Assembly: GCA_951406725.2 (NCBI GenBank)
Contig: OX597837.1
Coordinates: 21,824,001-21,888,000, forward strand
Direction: 5' to 3'
From: Octopus vulgaris
Taxonomy: Eukaryota
Length of the DNA: 64,000 bases
Below the pieces are notes generated by a model. The model did not search any database, was not told the origin of the DNA, and saw nothing but the letters and a program-made list of their open reading frames with translations. The translations under genes and the position numbers were made by a program. How positions within the stretch are numbered: the stretch's first letter is position 1; the number at the start of each line of letters is the position of its first letter. Below are positions 23,963-37,872 of this stretch, piece by piece.

Positions 23963-24851
23963 TATATATTTATGTGTGTGTGTGTGTCTATGTTTATCCC
24001 CCACTACCACTTGACAACTGGTGTTGTTGTGTTCATGTCCCTGTAACCTAGCAGTTCAGCAAAATAGACCAACAGAATAAGTACCGGGTGGGCTTTAAAA
24101 ATAATAAGTACCGAGATCAATTTGTTTCACTAAAATACCCTTCAGGGTGGTACCCCAACATGGCCACAGTTAAATGACTGAAACAAGTAAAAGATAAAAG
24201 AAAAAAAGACTTTAGTCAGCAACTACACACCCTCACTGTCAACTTATTACATAACCACCAAGTCCTTTTGAACCCTAACTAGGTTCTGTATTAGTACATA
24301 AACATGTAAAAGGCCTATCAGAACAGTTGAAGTTACGTAACCCAGATGATGCAACCATAACAGGAACGTGATTAAAAAATTACAAGAGTACCACAAATAC
24401 AGCATGGATCATGACTAAAAAAATATACAGATTCATAAACATATGTATTTAGTCTCCCGTTTAAACAACAGCCCCGCCTCCACCCAGATTAAGCATGATT
24501 GAAAACACATGGTCATGACATGTTCTGCTCATATTTTAGCTAAATAACTGCTGCCCTTTATATGATAACAGATTCTTTATGATGTCAATATAATTTTATG
24601 TGTTATTACAATTTATTATCTTTTCTATAATAGGTACAAAGCCTGAAGTTTTGCGGGAGGGTGCAAGTCGATTACATCAACCCAATGTTTGTTATCATCA
24701 TCCTCTTGTTCCCCTTACGTTCTGAGTTCAAGTCTTATTGAGGTCATGCTTGCATTTTATCTACCCCGTGTCAATAAAAGTACCAGTCAAGTGCTTTTAT
24801 TGGTGTTGATTAAACTGACTAACCCTGCTTCCCCAGTTTTCAGACTTTGTG

Positions 24852-25086
24852 TCTGGCACGTAAAAAGCACCATCCGATCATGGCCGTTCGCCAGCCTCAT
24901 CTGGCACCTGTGCAGGTAGCACATAAAAAGCAGTCGCAACACTCTCGGAGTGGTCAGCATTAGGAAGGGCATCCAGCTGTAGAAACAGATCAGACTGGGC
25001 CTGGCGCAGCCTTCTGGCTTCCCAGACCCCAGTTGAACCGTCCAACCCATACTAGCATGGAAAATGGACGTTAAACGATGATGATG
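24852..25086 (+). mobile_element. RTE 3' UTR fragment (2 units)
   Basis: ggcacgtaaaaagcacc, ggaagggcatccagctg, ggacgttaaacgatgatgatg. Confidence 0.85.
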
Positions 25087-25100
25087 AACGATTCTTTTTC

Positions 25101-25430
25101 TGGCATTGACACTCTGTCAGTTATGATGACAAGGGTTCCAGTTGACCCGATCAAAGGAGTAGCTTGCTTGTGAAATTAATGTGCAAGCGGCTGGGCATCC
25201 CCTGACATGTGTACCCTTAAAATAGTTTTGAGAGAGATTCAGTGTGATACAGAATGACAAGTCTGGCCCATTGAAATGCAGGTACTACTCATTTTTGCCA
25301 GCTGAGTGGACTGGAGCAATGTGAAAATAAAAGTGTCTTGCTCAAGGACATAATGTGCTGCAGGGAATTGAACTCATGACCTTACATTTATGAGCTGAAC
25401 ACCCTAACCACTAAACCACATACTTTCACA
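25101..25430 (-). mobile_element. SINE group C (tail 2)
   Basis: Reverse complement of the 17186-17731 family. Confidence 0.8.
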
Positions 25431-25529
25431 TTCTTTCTCTATCTCTCCATTTGATGTAGCTATGTTTCTTTTAATGCAAAACACCTTCTCCGCCCCTTAA
25501 TACTACTCCCCCCACTAGTTGCAGGGTTT

Positions 25530-25758
25530 TGTCTTGCAAGTTACTTGGTGATCCCACCACTGCTGGTACCACGTAAAAATCACCCAATACACTCTGTAAA
25601 GTGGCTGGCATTAGGAAGGACATCCAGCCATAGAAACCATGCCAAAACAGACACTAGGGATTGGTGCAATCTTCTGACTTGCTAGTAGCTGTCAAACTAT
25701 CTTACCCATGTCAGCATGGGCAATGGATGTTAAATAATAATGATGATGATGATGATGA
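25530..25758 (+). mobile_element. Older RTE 3' UTR fragment
   Basis: ccacgtaaaaatcaccc...ggaaggacatccagcc...(gat)n. Confidence 0.7.
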
Positions 25759-26517
25759 CTCAGAGTTGATAAAGCAAGTACCAGTTGAGCACTGGTGTCC
25801 AAGTAATCAACTAGCCCCCTTCCCCAAAATTTCAGGCCTTGTGCCAATTGTAGAAAGCATTATCTCTACCTTTATGTTCTAAGTTCAAGTCCTGCTGAGG
25901 TCAGCTTTGTCTTTCATCCTTTTGGGGTCAATAAAATAAGTACCAGTAGAGCAGTGGGATCTATGTCAATCAACTTAATCCCTCTACCTAAGATTGATGG
26001 CCTTGTGTAGAAATTTGAAACCATTATTATTATTATGCTGTCTGAGAAGCAGAAATGATACCAAACTAGTAGTGTGGTATCTAATGAGGTACCTTGAAGT
26101 GATATTCAGCTATAAGTTGGGTTAAAATCTCCTGAGAAGGGTAAAAGACTGCTCACAGGACTTGAACAAAGCATCTTCTATAACCCAGACAGACGTGTTA
26201 ACAATTACACTAAATCATTTCCACGATTGAGTTGTTCTATACATTCTGTATAGCCTTTTATGTTACAAATGAATTAATCAAGTGAAAATAATAGCAATAT
26301 ATTGAAAATAATTGCTCAAATCAGTATGATGGTTTAATTTCCAGCGAGAGAAGGCAAATGTCATTAATTACATTCTTATGATAGGCAGCAGATGGTACAA
26401 TTGGTGCAGCACAAGGAGAATAAAAGTCCTGGCAATGTTTGTCCTATTTTCATTCTGTATTCAAATATCAAAGAAATTATCAACTTTACATTTCAACCCT
26501 CTGAGTGTTGATAAAAT

Positions 26518-26842
26518 ACTGTCTCTTTGTCAGTTACTATGAGAAGGGTTCCAGTTGATCTGATCAATGGAACAACCTACTTGTGAAATTAACGTGGAAG
26601 TGACAGAGCACTCTACAGATGTGCATACCCTTAATGTGGTTCTCAGGGAGATACAGCATGACACAGAATGTGATAAAGCTGACCTTTGAATTACAGGCAA
26701 GATTCATTTTCTGCCAATTGATTGGAGTCAAGCAACGTGAAATGAATGTCTTGCTCAAGGACACAACTTGTCACTAGGAATTGAACTCGGGACTGTATGA
26801 ATATGAGCTGAATACCCTAACCACTAAGCCATGTGCCTTCAT
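26518..26842 (-). mobile_element. SINE group C (tail 2); partial near-identical duplicate at 27354-27532
   Basis: Both copies share gatacagcatgacacagaatgtgataaagctgacctttgaattacaggcaag. Confidence 0.8.
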
Positions 26843-27531
26843 GTTGATAAAACAAAGTATCAATCAAATACTATGAATCGAAAGGATGAGGGGGTAGGTG
26901 ATGATAAAGTGACTACACTCTCTCTCCCCTTATCCTACCCCCAAATTAGTGTCCTTGTACTAATGTAAAAATCATTTTCCACGATTGAGTTGTTCCATAC
27001 ATTCTGTATAGCCTTTTATGTTACAAATGAATTAATCATTAATGTATAATCATATAGTGTAAATAATTTTGCATAACATAACACAACACAGGGAAAATAT
27101 GAAAAAGAAAAGGAAGGTAATTATGAATTCCATCACAGGCTGACGGAAACCTGCAACTGAAAACCATGCAATCCAGTCCTACTAGTTCATGGTCGAGGGG
27201 TTAGCATCTAAACAGGTTCCCTACTGGACTTATCCAGTGAGGTGGGTGTGTCAGTAAGCAGAAAGTTAAAAAAGCAAAACTTGTCAATGGTGGAAGAGTT
27301 CCTTGAGAGCCAACAACATCCATATCTTGGGAATGAGATTTTACTATTTTTACTGGCACTGTCAGTTATGACGATGAGGATTCCACTTGATCCGATCAAT
27401 AGAACAGCCTGCTTGTGAAATTAACGTGAAAGTGACTGAGCACTCTACAGACATGCGTACCCTTAATGTGGTTCTCAAGGAGATACAGCATGACACAGAA
27501 TGTGATAAAGCTGACCTTTGAATTACAGGCA

Positions 27532-27769
27532 AGGATTATGGCAGCATTCACCAACTTAAACAGGGAAGCCATCCAGAAGAGTTGCAGGAGATTCTGAAGT
27601 TGTCTTGAGGCTGTGGTTGAAGCCAATGGTGATTTTATTGAATAAATTTACTCTTTAGTATTTCAAAATATTTTTATGCAATTTTGGTAAATATATCTGT
27701 TAAAATGAGATGTCAGTGTTATTTTCATTTCCGTGGAATTTAGACGACAATTTATTCACAGCCACCTGG

Positions 27770-27770
<1 letters not shown>
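27532..27770 (+). mobile_element. Tc1/mariner transposon 3' end (transposase C-terminus plus right TIR)
   Basis: IMAAFTNLNREAIQKSCRRF*SCLEAVVEANGDFIE* fits the mariner C-terminal pattern; ends ...cacctgg|TA. Confidence 0.8.
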
Positions 27771-27827
<57 letters not shown>

Positions 27828-27831
<4 letters not shown>

Positions 27832-28115
27832 CATGATCACCGTGACCGACCAGGCTATCAGATGTTGCTACACATCGCTTGTCACAATGCGCTTCACATT
27901 GTTTAAGCCTTCAAATGACGCCACCCTGCTGGCTAAGCGAGCAGGCCAACAAAAGAAAGAGTGAGAGAAAGTTGTGGCGAAAGAGTACAGCAGGGTTCGC
28001 CACCACCACCCTGCCGGAGCTTTGTGGATAAAAACTCACAATGCCTGATCTGAGAATTGAAACCACGATCCTACAACCGCGAGTCTGCTGCCCTAACCAC
28101 TGGGCCATTGCGCCT
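27828..28115 (-). mobile_element. tRNA-derived SINE group D
   Basis: Minus strand aggcgcaatggcccagtggttagggcagc...ggtttcaattc; tail atgtgtagcaacatctgatagcctggtcggtcacggtga; sits within (TA)n. Confidence 0.9.
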
Positions 28116-28958
28116 ATATATATATATATATATATATACATTAGCTGAACAGCTGGTCATTGTCAGGCAATTTTTACAACAGAATATCTTACATAAATTT
28201 TTGTTTATCCCATGTCAGACCATGCCTTCCCAGACAGATAGGCCTCTTGATCAGGACAGATTTGTGCAATTTTTTGCAAAAAAACACTTGAGGATTTTTA
28301 CCTTTTTAAATTATCTACATGCCTGCTTGACCATTTCACATGACTTTATTCATTAAAACTTCAGAAGTTCTTACAACTCTGGTCATTGTAATGCTTTGCT
28401 TTGGTTTGTTTAATAAAAATTCCTCCTCTTAATGATTTTGCTTTCATTTTGTGATAGAGAGCTCTTATGCAGAAAATGCCAGCTATCATACATCTATCAT
28501 ATAGAAAATGCCAGCTTCCAAATCCTGTTTACTGATTAGGTAAAATTGATTAAACTTTAAACCTTAGTAACATTTTTTTTTTGCAATTTTTCTGGAACAA
28601 ATAAATAACAAAATCGGATTTCACATGGTAAATTATTTCAATATACCAAATTTGGAAATTGTGATGTAATTTTAAAATCTAACAATACACGACAGTAAGA
28701 AGGAAGACCCTACAAAAGTAGAGAGGCAGACGGTTATAAGATGTGACACACACATTTATAAACGTACACACAGGTAATCACAAGTTTAAAATGGTGTAAA
28801 ATAGACATATATGTGTATGTGTGTACATAGGTATATATATGTATGTATGTGCGTTCCTTTATGTGTATGTGTTTTTATGTCTGTGCTGGTCCACAACCAC
28901 CACATCATTTGACAACCAGTGTTGGTGCATTTATGTCATATATATATATATATATATA

Positions 28959-29285
28959 CTAGCAGTATTGCCCGGCTTTTTATTTTTCATGCAATTTACG
29001 CATGCTTGCACGCGTGGTGAACACAGTTCATGTCAAACAGCTGACTGAGTAAAGTTCACTATTCAATGCATGGGATAAGGCCTAAACAAACACATTATCG
29101 ATTTTTGCACTTGCGAGATGAATTTCGGAACAGAAATAGCGCATTTCAATTTTCATTCGCTGAAACTTTAAGTGACCCATTTTTGGTGGTTCTACAATTT
29201 GTTGGCTAGGAGGAGATGTGCCGGGAAGTTAAACACACAGACACACACACAGACAGACACACAAGTTGAGTTTTATATATATAGA
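28959..29285 (-). mobile_element. Non-autonomous Helitron with internal (CTGT/GT)n
   Basis: Minus strand A|TCTATATATATAAAA ... CTAG|T; second copy at 45922-46257. Confidence 0.8.
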
Positions 29286-29916
29286 TGTATGTGTACATGT
29301 GTCTTTGTGCCTGTGTTTGTCCCCCACATCACTACTTGACAAACAACTGGTGCTGGTGTGTTTACATCCCTGTAACTTAGCAGTTTGGCAAAAGAGACAG
29401 ATAGAATAAATATCAGGCTTTAAAAAAATAAGTGCTGGGGTCGATTAATTTGACTAAAATTTCTTCAAAGTGGTACCCCAGTATGGGTGTGGTCTAATGA
29501 CTGAAACAAGTTAAAAGATAAAAAATAAAAGATAAATATCATACTATGTTGCACTGCATAGGAATTAATGTCTAGTTTACCATTTTGTATTAAATAATTC
29601 ATCGTTGAATACAAGTTATGTCTTTTTTGATTTTACATCCCTTAAAAAAAATCAATAGAAGAAATAAACCTCAGCTTCAGACATGAAATGAGATAAAATT
29701 TGAAAAAACACACCCCACCCGTCTAAAAACCAATATCGAAGAGGAAAATCAATTGAAATATATGTGAAAATATGTAGAAAACATTTACGAAAACAGACAC
29801 CGAGCAAACTCTGTAAAGTGGTAGTTGGCACTTGGAAGGGCATTCAGCTGTAGAAACCAAGCCAAGGCAGACTACTGGAGCCTGGTGCAGCTCTGTGACT
29901 TACCAACATCTAACCC

Positions 29917-30158
29917 AGTGGTTCTCAACCATTTTTTGTCTGTGTACCCTTTGATTACTACTTTGCTCTGATGGACTGTCGTAACCATCTGATGTTTAAA
30001 AATTTTATAATTAAATATTATAAGGAACTGTATTAAAAAAAACTGTTAAAATATTTTGACTACTCTAGAAGTGTAACCAATTTATTGCAGATGAATTTTA
30101 ACAATAAAATCTTACATGGATCCCTAAGGGCCATTTGGACCCAAGTTGAGAACCTCTC
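29917..30158. mobile_element. hAT (Charlie-like) MITE inside an RTE tail
   Basis: cagtggttctcaacc ... gttgagaacctct. Confidence 0.7.
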
Positions 30159-31169
30159 AGCATGGAAAATGGATTTTAATGATGATGATGATAAAGCTAA
30201 TATATAATTTTAAAATATTTTGAGTTATGTCATTTTCTGAGTTAAGTCACATGTCTTGGAAACCATTACTGATATAAGTTGAGTCATGCCTGTATAGGAA
30301 AGAATTAATAAATTGTGAATATATATACACTTAATAAACCTACACTCAACCAAACTGTGTAAATAGGCCCATTGTTAAATCAGAGGGCAGTCTCTGCAGG
30401 ATGAACCTGAGAATACTGAATGACTATTGTCACCTCATTAAGAGTATCTACTTAAGTTCATCCAACAGAGAGAGAGAGAGAGATCAAGTGCAATGAGTTA
30501 ACTGGCACCAAATTTAATCATTTGTCAATCAGTACATTTACTGGCAGAGTTTTTTTCATCACCATCATTTCCACTTTTCCATACTGTTACAGGAATGGAT
30601 AAAATTTCTGGAAGTGGTACTCTATGGCTGGATGCTTTCCCTGACATCAACCTTTACTTGGTTAAAAGTTATTTCACTCTACTGGAGTTCACATTCTGTA
30701 CATTTACTAGGAGAGTCTTTTTCATCATTTCTACAGCCACTTTTTTCATACAGTTACAAGCTAGATGAAATTTCTCGAGACAGTATTCTGCAGCTGGGTG
30801 CTTTTCCTGACACCAACCTTTACATGATTACAAGTAAAGTTATTTTACTCTACTGGACTTCACATATCAAACTACCAGGCAGTGAGACATAAACACATGT
30901 CATTGCTGTCAAAGCTGAGTCAATACAAAAACATGCGAAGACAAACAAGAAAGCCTACTCACACGTATACATGTATGTGAATATAATTATATAGATGATG
31001 GACTTCCATATAGTTTCTATCTCCAAAAATTTTACACACAAGGTACTGGTCAAGCTGAGGCAAGAGTAGAACCCAAAACTACATGATTGTCAAGTGAACT
31101 TCTTAACCATACAACCACGCCTGCACCTATAACTACGTGTGTGTGTGTGTGTGTGTGTATTTAATTAAG

Positions 31170-31502
31170 TGTGAGGGTGCATGGCTTGGTGGTTAGAGTG
31201 TTGGGATTGCAATCATGAGGTTGTAAGTTTGATTACCAGACTGGGTCCTGTCTTTTTTTCTTGAGCAAGACACTTTATTTCATGTTGCTCCAGTTCTCTC
31301 AGCTGTAGAAGTTGTGACATCATTGGTGCCAGGCTGTATCAGCCTTTGCCTTTCCCTTGGACAATATTGGTAGCATGGAGAGAGGAGACTGGTATGCAAG
31401 GGCAACTGCTGGTTTTCCACAAACAACCTTGCTCGGACTTGTGCCTCGGAGGGGAACATTTTAGGTGCAGTCCCATGGTGATTTGTGACTGAAGGAGGTC
31501 TT
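31170..31502 (+). mobile_element. SINE group C (tail 1)
   Basis: gtgcatggcttggtggttagagtg...ttgagcaagacactttatttca...gaaggaggtct. Confidence 0.85.
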
Positions 31503-31577
31503 TACCCTTTCACCCTTATATAAAACTTAGTAAAATTGACAAAAAGAGTACAGCAAACTTGCTCTGGGGAGTGGAAA

Positions 31578-31612
31578 ATCCAATGTTTCAGACAGAGTCC
31601 TTCATCAGGGAA
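31578..31612 (-). ncRNA. Minimal hammerhead-like motif with canonical CUGAUGA core (second PLE-type remnant)
   Basis: Minus strand UUCC-CUGAUGA-A-GGAC UCU GUCU-GAAA-CA-UU-GGA. Confidence 0.5.
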
Positions 31613-32135
31613 AGTTGATGTAGAGGATGTAAAACTCTGCTGTCTCATAAATTTCCTCCTGTCAACTTCTTGAATAAGGACTCTGTAGGAAATGTTGGAT
31701 TTTCCAGTCCACACAACAAGTTCATTGTATTCTTTTTATTAATTTTACTAAATAATATTAGTCTGCAAATGCTGGCCAACACCAGCCTCTTTGGAGCCTG
31801 TTTGATTTGTATAAATAACAATGGATGTTAATTACATGGGAAGATCACTGATGGCATGTACCATATTTTCATTAGTTGCTTTAAATGCCTATGCACTCAC
31901 AAGCATGTGCGCATACACATACACACACACACAGGCTCAGGAACAGGGGGTACAGGAGATGCAAGTGCACCCTCTAAAATTTTTTGCTGGTGTGATGAAT
32001 GCAACAATGGTGGTGAGAGGTGAAGAAACATATGGGGAATAGGGGTTCCAGGTCATTAGACCCTTGTTTTCTCTCTTGAAGTAATTATAATCCACAGATT
32101 GTTTTAAAACAAGGATAGGACTCTCTCCCTTTATA

Positions 32136-32354
32136 TGAGGGGATGCTGGAAAGTTCCTGTCTTTGGGTAAAAGAAAATACAAGAGGACCAGTTAATTATG
32201 ATCTTATTGATCATATTCCCCTTTAAGATTTACACACACTTATTGCAGTGGTCCTTTAGTTTTTCTAAGCCCTGTAAAAGAGCTCAGAAGGCTGGGCCTC
32301 CAACTAGGCCTTTCATGTTACCCTTAAAGCCAGAAAATTTTCAGCACCCCCTCG
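32136..32354. mobile_element. mariner-type MITE
   Basis: TA|tgaggggatgctggaaagttcctg ... cagaaaattttcagcaccccctcg|TA; inverted copy at 47306-47520. Confidence 0.85.
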
Positions 32355-33097
32355 TACACAAACACACACACACGTTGATATGCATATGCGCACACACGTG
32401 TGTGTGCAAAACACAAAGTATAGTAATGGTTATGACACTGTAGTAATAGTTGTAGTAGTAGTAACTGTTGTCTTGGTGGTGATGTTGTGTGACAGTACCA
32501 GCAGCAGTATCTCAGAGTCTTCTCCAGACAAAACAGCCAGTGTTTGGTGTTTTTAAAGGAAATATATTCTTGACAGAAGGAATTTCAGCTTTTATTTTGT
32601 TATATTTTTTTGTTGTTGTTGTTGGTTTGCTTTTGTATGTTCTTATATATTTTAGTTTTATTTTATTTTATTTTATTTCTAGAATGCTTGTAGAGTTTTT
32701 TTTTTTTTTTGAAAACATTGCTAAATATAGCCACCACCAGCATCACCACAATCAACACCAAATTCATAACCAAACCCACCAGTATCCCCACCAACACCAT
32801 AACCATGTGTGGAATGCAGATTGTCGCCAGAAAGGAAATGGAGCAGAAAAGATTACTGCCCCCACCCCCCACTGCTGACATAGAGGCAGAGTGATTAAGT
32901 TGCTGGACTATTGAAACAATAGATCGAGGGTTCAAACCTAACCACATCCACTGAAGTATGTTTTTAACAAGAATACTAGTTAAAGAAATAATGATACTAA
33001 TCTGTTAAAGACAGATGGAATGCAGTTAGGCATTTTGTCCAGTGTACTAACGGTTCTTCTAGCTTACAGTTTAAAGAAAGAATAGTCATAATAATCC

Positions 33098-33530
33098 TTC
33101 CTACTATAGGCACAAGGCCTGAAATTTTGGAGGAGGGGGATAAGTTGATTACATTGACCCCAGTTTTCAACTGGTACTTATTTTATTGACCCCGAAAGGA
33201 TGAAAGGCAAAGTTGACCTCAGTGGAGTTTGTACTCAGAACATAGCAGCAGACGAAATACCGCTAAGCATTTTGCCTGGCGTGCTAACGGTTCTGCCAGC
33301 TCACTGCCTTAATAATAATAATGATGATGATGATGATGATGATGATGGATGATGATGGATGATGATGGATGATGATGATGATGATCCTTTCTATAGTAGG
33401 CACAAGGCCTGAAATTTTGGGAGAGGGAGTAAGTTGATCATATCGACCCCAGTACCTGGCTGATACTTAATTTATCGACCCTGAAAGGATGAAAGGCCAA
33501 ATCGACCTTGGCGAAATTTGAACCCAGAAT
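33098..33530 (-). mobile_element. Two SINE group B copies (33098-33311 full, 33385-33530 partial)
   Basis: Core gaaaggatgaaagg.aaa.t.gacct and tail ctatag..gcacaaggcctgaaattttgg. Confidence 0.85.
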
Positions 33531-33825
33531 TTTATGTCACTAGTATGGGTGCCTTTTATGTGTCACCAGCACTGGCCATGACCATGATTTCACTTAGCTT
33601 CACATGTCTTCCCATGCCCAGCAAATCACCAAAAGTCTTGGTCACTTGTCATTGCCTCTGTGAGACTCAACAGCAGAAGATCCATTTCACCACCTTGTCC
33701 CACAACATCCTGGGTCTACCTCTTCCACAGGTTCCCTCCACAGTTAGAGATGGGCACTTCTTTACGCAGCAGTCCTCATCCATACACACCACACAATAAT
33801 ACCAGTGCAGTCTTCTCTCTTGCAC
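33531..33825 (-). mobile_element. RTE ORF2 C-terminal fragment
   Basis: Reverse-complement homologue of 54650-54890 (GTCGRGRP motif). Confidence 0.75.
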
Positions 33826-34892
33826 AGAGCATTACATTTGACAGAGTAATATGAATGCTAAAGAGTTAAACAACAATGTCTGGCCCCTTTCTAATCTTCC
33901 TATTCTCCTTTCATGTTAAACACTAATGTTATGCCAACATTACACATTCTGGTTAAAAGAGAGTGTCATATGTACTTTGTGGATGGTGCCTGCTGTAAAA
34001 TTTAACCAAAGATGACTGTGCGGTTCGATTATGTATCTGATTATTGGATCTTGAAGAAGAGAGTATAAAAATAAGACATACAAACAGACGCAGCACTGAA
34101 GATCTATTCTATCAGGGCCTAGAACAGCAAGGTGAGCCAAACAAGGATCTTCTATGTGGTCTCTTAACCTGCTGATACAATAGCTAAATTTTTCTCAAAT
34201 TGCATCCTACTGTTTTATACAAAGAAGGATACATTTAACATGTAAAGATAAAATTTGACTTAGGCACAACCGGAATGGTTTTGCTCATATGTTTATTCAA
34301 TCAGGGCTTGCCTGGAGCTAAACCTCACTCTTTACAATAACAATGCCACCACTGCTACTATGAATAACAAACAATGATGCTACACCCCACCACACACTAT
34401 ACATACCACCAAACCCATGCTTGCATAGAAAAACAGATATATGATGGTGACGATGATGGTGATGACATACTAGGATATATTCACACAAACACTCATACAT
34501 AAGTACATTAGCACAGCTGGAGTTTCTAACATCTTCAGCAGCAATAGGTTAAGTAGTGTGCAGGATGAGTAGGGTGTGCATGCACACACATGCATACATG
34601 CAATTTAAGATTTTGGATTCTTCAAAAATAGCCAGAACCTTATGATATCTACAGGTCTATATTTAAGAGATGAGGAATTATGTACATTATTTACAAATGA
34701 CGGATATTTCATAAGTTCATAAGATAATCATTTATTCTTTTGTTGTCTCTTTTCTTATTACTGCTCTGTATGCAACAAATGCTTTGTTCTGAAGCATATG
34801 TATAATGAGTTCTACACCAGGTCCTTAGCATTTCAATGCCTAAGGGAAATATGTATATATATATATATATATATATACATATTTTTATTTTT

Positions 34893-35190
34893 TTGTGCAC
34901 CCTTTTCAAGCCTAGCCAGGCTCATGGGCCCGGTTTCTGTGGCGTATGTGTTCCCCCCAGCTGGACGGGATACCAGTCCATCGCAGCATTACTCAGGAAA
35001 CAGGAAGAGAGAGTGAGAGAAAGTTGTGGCGAAAGAGTACAACAGGGGTCGCCACCACCCCCTGCCAGAGTCTCATGGAGCTTTAGGTGTTTTCGTTCAA
35101 TAAACACACACAACGCCCGGTCTGGGAATCGAAACCGCGATCCTCCGACCATGAGTCTGATGCCCTAACCACTGGGCCATTGCGCCTCCA
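34893..35190 (-). mobile_element. SINE with group D head and V-domain-like tail
   Basis: Group D head at 35190; minus-strand gctgcgatggactggtatcccgtccagc tail shared with 48224-48470. Confidence 0.85.
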
Positions 35191-35191
35191 C

Positions 35192-35265
<74 letters not shown>

Positions 35266-35791
35266 CAAAATGACAGTGAGACAGTTATCATTGTAATTTT
35301 GAAGAGGGAAACAGTCATTCTGAATAATTTTGCTGACTAGTTGTCCAGGATGTAATGCATCAAACAAAAATGTCCATTATTCATTAAAAAAAAAGTCAGA
35401 GAAGATAATTTCCTTGTGAATGCATGTTTGAAGAAGGTTTTGAGTTTCTCTAGCATCAAGTATTTACCACCAGCAAAATCTGTTTATTTATGGCACAGAT
35501 CTAATACGACAATTTTCTATTTTAATCCTTTTTTTTTGTTTTTACAAAAATGAAATTGAGATCTAATTGTTATCCAAAGATAAGTCTGAGTAGGTCACCT
35601 CACAGAGTTTCATGTTTCTGATCTTCAGGCAATTTAATCTTTATTCAATGACCTTTTCCTGTTACATCCCAAAAGTACTTTGTAAGATTAAGTACAGATA
35701 TCTATTGCAACACTTAGCTCTTTTATACATCACCATCATCATTAACTTTATCATTATCACCATTATTACTCTCTTCAGGATCATTCATCAT

Positions 35792-36375
35792 AAGGTGGTG
35801 AGCTGGCAGAATTGTTAGCATGCTGGACCAAATGCTTAGCAGTGTTGTTCATCTTTATATTCTGAGTTTGAATTCTGCTGAGGTCAACTTTGCCTTTCAT
35901 CCTTTTGGGGTCAATAAAATAAGTACCAGTTGAATACTGGGGTCAATGTAAGTGATTTACCCCCTCCTCCCAAACTTGCTAGTCTTGTGCCAAAATTTAA
36001 AACCATTTGGCAACCTGGCAGAACCATTAATGTGCTGGACAAAATGCTTAGAGGATTTTGTCCATGTATATATTTTGAGTTGAAATCCTGCTGAGCTTGA
36101 CTTTGTCTTTCATCCTTTCAGGGTCAATAAAATAGGTATTGGCTGAGCTCTGGGATAGATGTAATCGACTTACTCCCTCCTCCCAAACTTGCAGGCCACG
36201 TGCTAAAATCTGAAATCATCATCATTATTATTATCATAAAACAGCAAGCTGGCAGAATCAATAGCATGCTGGGCAAAATGTTTAGCAGCATTTTATTTGT
36301 CAGTTCAAATTCCACTGACATTGACCTTCATCCTTTTGGGGAGTCAATGAAATAAGTACCAGTGGTGTATTAGGG
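35792..36375 (+). mobile_element. Three tandem SINE group B copies
   Basis: Heads at ~35792, ~36010 and ~36243. Confidence 0.8.
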
Positions 36376-37417
36376 TTGCTGCTTATACGACAATGTTACT
36401 CATTAACAACCATCATGTAATGTCAAAACAATGAACACACACACACCTACTTCTATATGACGGGCTTCTTTCATTTTCCATCTACCAAATCCACTCACAA
36501 AATTTGGTCAATACAGGGCTTGTAATGCAAGATACTTGCCCAAGGTACCACCCAATAGGATTGAACCCAAACTGTGTAGTTGGGAACCAAACTTCTTAAC
36601 CATAAACATTAAAAATGATTAGCCACAGAGAACAAAAAGATTGACCGTTCTGCAATGGACCAGACTGACTAATACAAGTGTACAAGATTAAATTTTGGGT
36701 GTGATATACCCAGACAAGTGATAGAAGTAAGATTAAGAATCAAGAAACATATGGTGTATGTCAATAGTCATTTTTTTTTATTCCTTAAAAACCATTCTTT
36801 CTGGAATGTTCAGATTTCTTCTGCAAGAAAAATACATTAAGCAAATGTGTAAATTGATAAACCCACTAATTTAAATGATAAACTCTGCAAGACCTCTTGA
36901 TCCGGAGGATTATGAGGTGTGGCTTATGAAGCTGTTGCTCATTGTCCTCGTCTGCTTAGATTCAGGAAGAGTTATGCCACTTGTGAGTGATGGGATAAAA
37001 TTGAATACATAGCCTGGGTAAGAAACCAGTTCTTTTACAGGTAACATCCCCATCCACAGCTAATCTTTGCTAGATAGGTAAACTAGGAAGAGCTTTGTAA
37101 TTACAAGGAACAGGCCTAAATAAAAAAAATGCCAAGAGATATGAATCTAGAAATCTAGAAATCACAACTTAGCAGTTAAATATCTGCTAAGCATTAGTTT
37201 CTGTACATGAAAAATCAAAGAGGGAATAAGAAAAAATCAAGATAAAAAGTTAGATTTATTCAACAAATTATGAATAAGAGTGGGAAGAAGCAAAGATTTG
37301 TTTGTAAATATTGTTTTTTTGTTTTTGTGGGGTTCAGCTTTTGTTTCGCATTTTTTTAAAAACAATAATTTCATGTTTTCTTCTATTTTAGTAACTTTCA
37401 TAGCTTGAATTCATCAC

Positions 37418-37872
37418 CTTCATTCTCTACTCTATCTCTTCTTTCAAGTATATTCCTCACTCTATTCTTGTGTGTGTGTGTGTGTGTGTGAGAGTGAGAG
37501 AGAGAGAGTGAGAGTGAGAGAGAGTGAGAGAGAGATAAAGGAAAGACTGAAAAGAAAAAGTTTCACTCCACACAAACATACTGCTGCTATCATCATCACT
37601 GCTCCCCTCACTCTCTCTCTATCTAACTATTTATCCATTGCACTTCATTCTCTACTCTATCTCTTCTTTCAAGTATATTCCTCACTCTATTCTGGTGTGT
37701 GAGTGTGTGTGTGTGTGAGAGAGAGAGGGTGAGAGAGAGAGATAAAGGAAAGACTGAAGAGGGATGAAAAGAAAAAGTTTCACTCCACACAAACATACTG
37801 CTGCTATCACCATCACTGCTCCCCTCACTCTCTCTCTCTCTATCTATCTATCTAACTATTTATCCATTGCAC
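37418..37872. repeat. Tandem duplication of ~225 bp, with a third partial copy at 38237-38350
   Basis: cttcattctctactctatctcttctttcaagtatattcctcactctattct at 37418 and 37643; gaaaagaaaaagtttcact x3. Confidence 0.9.

Larger units (their letters stand above)
23145..24205 (+). mobile_element. Older SINE A (head 23145-23306, tail 23970-24205) with insertions in its central (TA)n
   Basis: Head and tail are colinear with intact copies. Confidence 0.75.

Noticed and set aside
28147-28620. Mariner-like 5' fragment
   Set aside because: No TIR or transposase motif could be confirmed by eye.
36888-37017. Possible exon ending at gg|gtaaga
   Set aside because: All three plus-strand frames contain stops before the donor; no clear acceptor.
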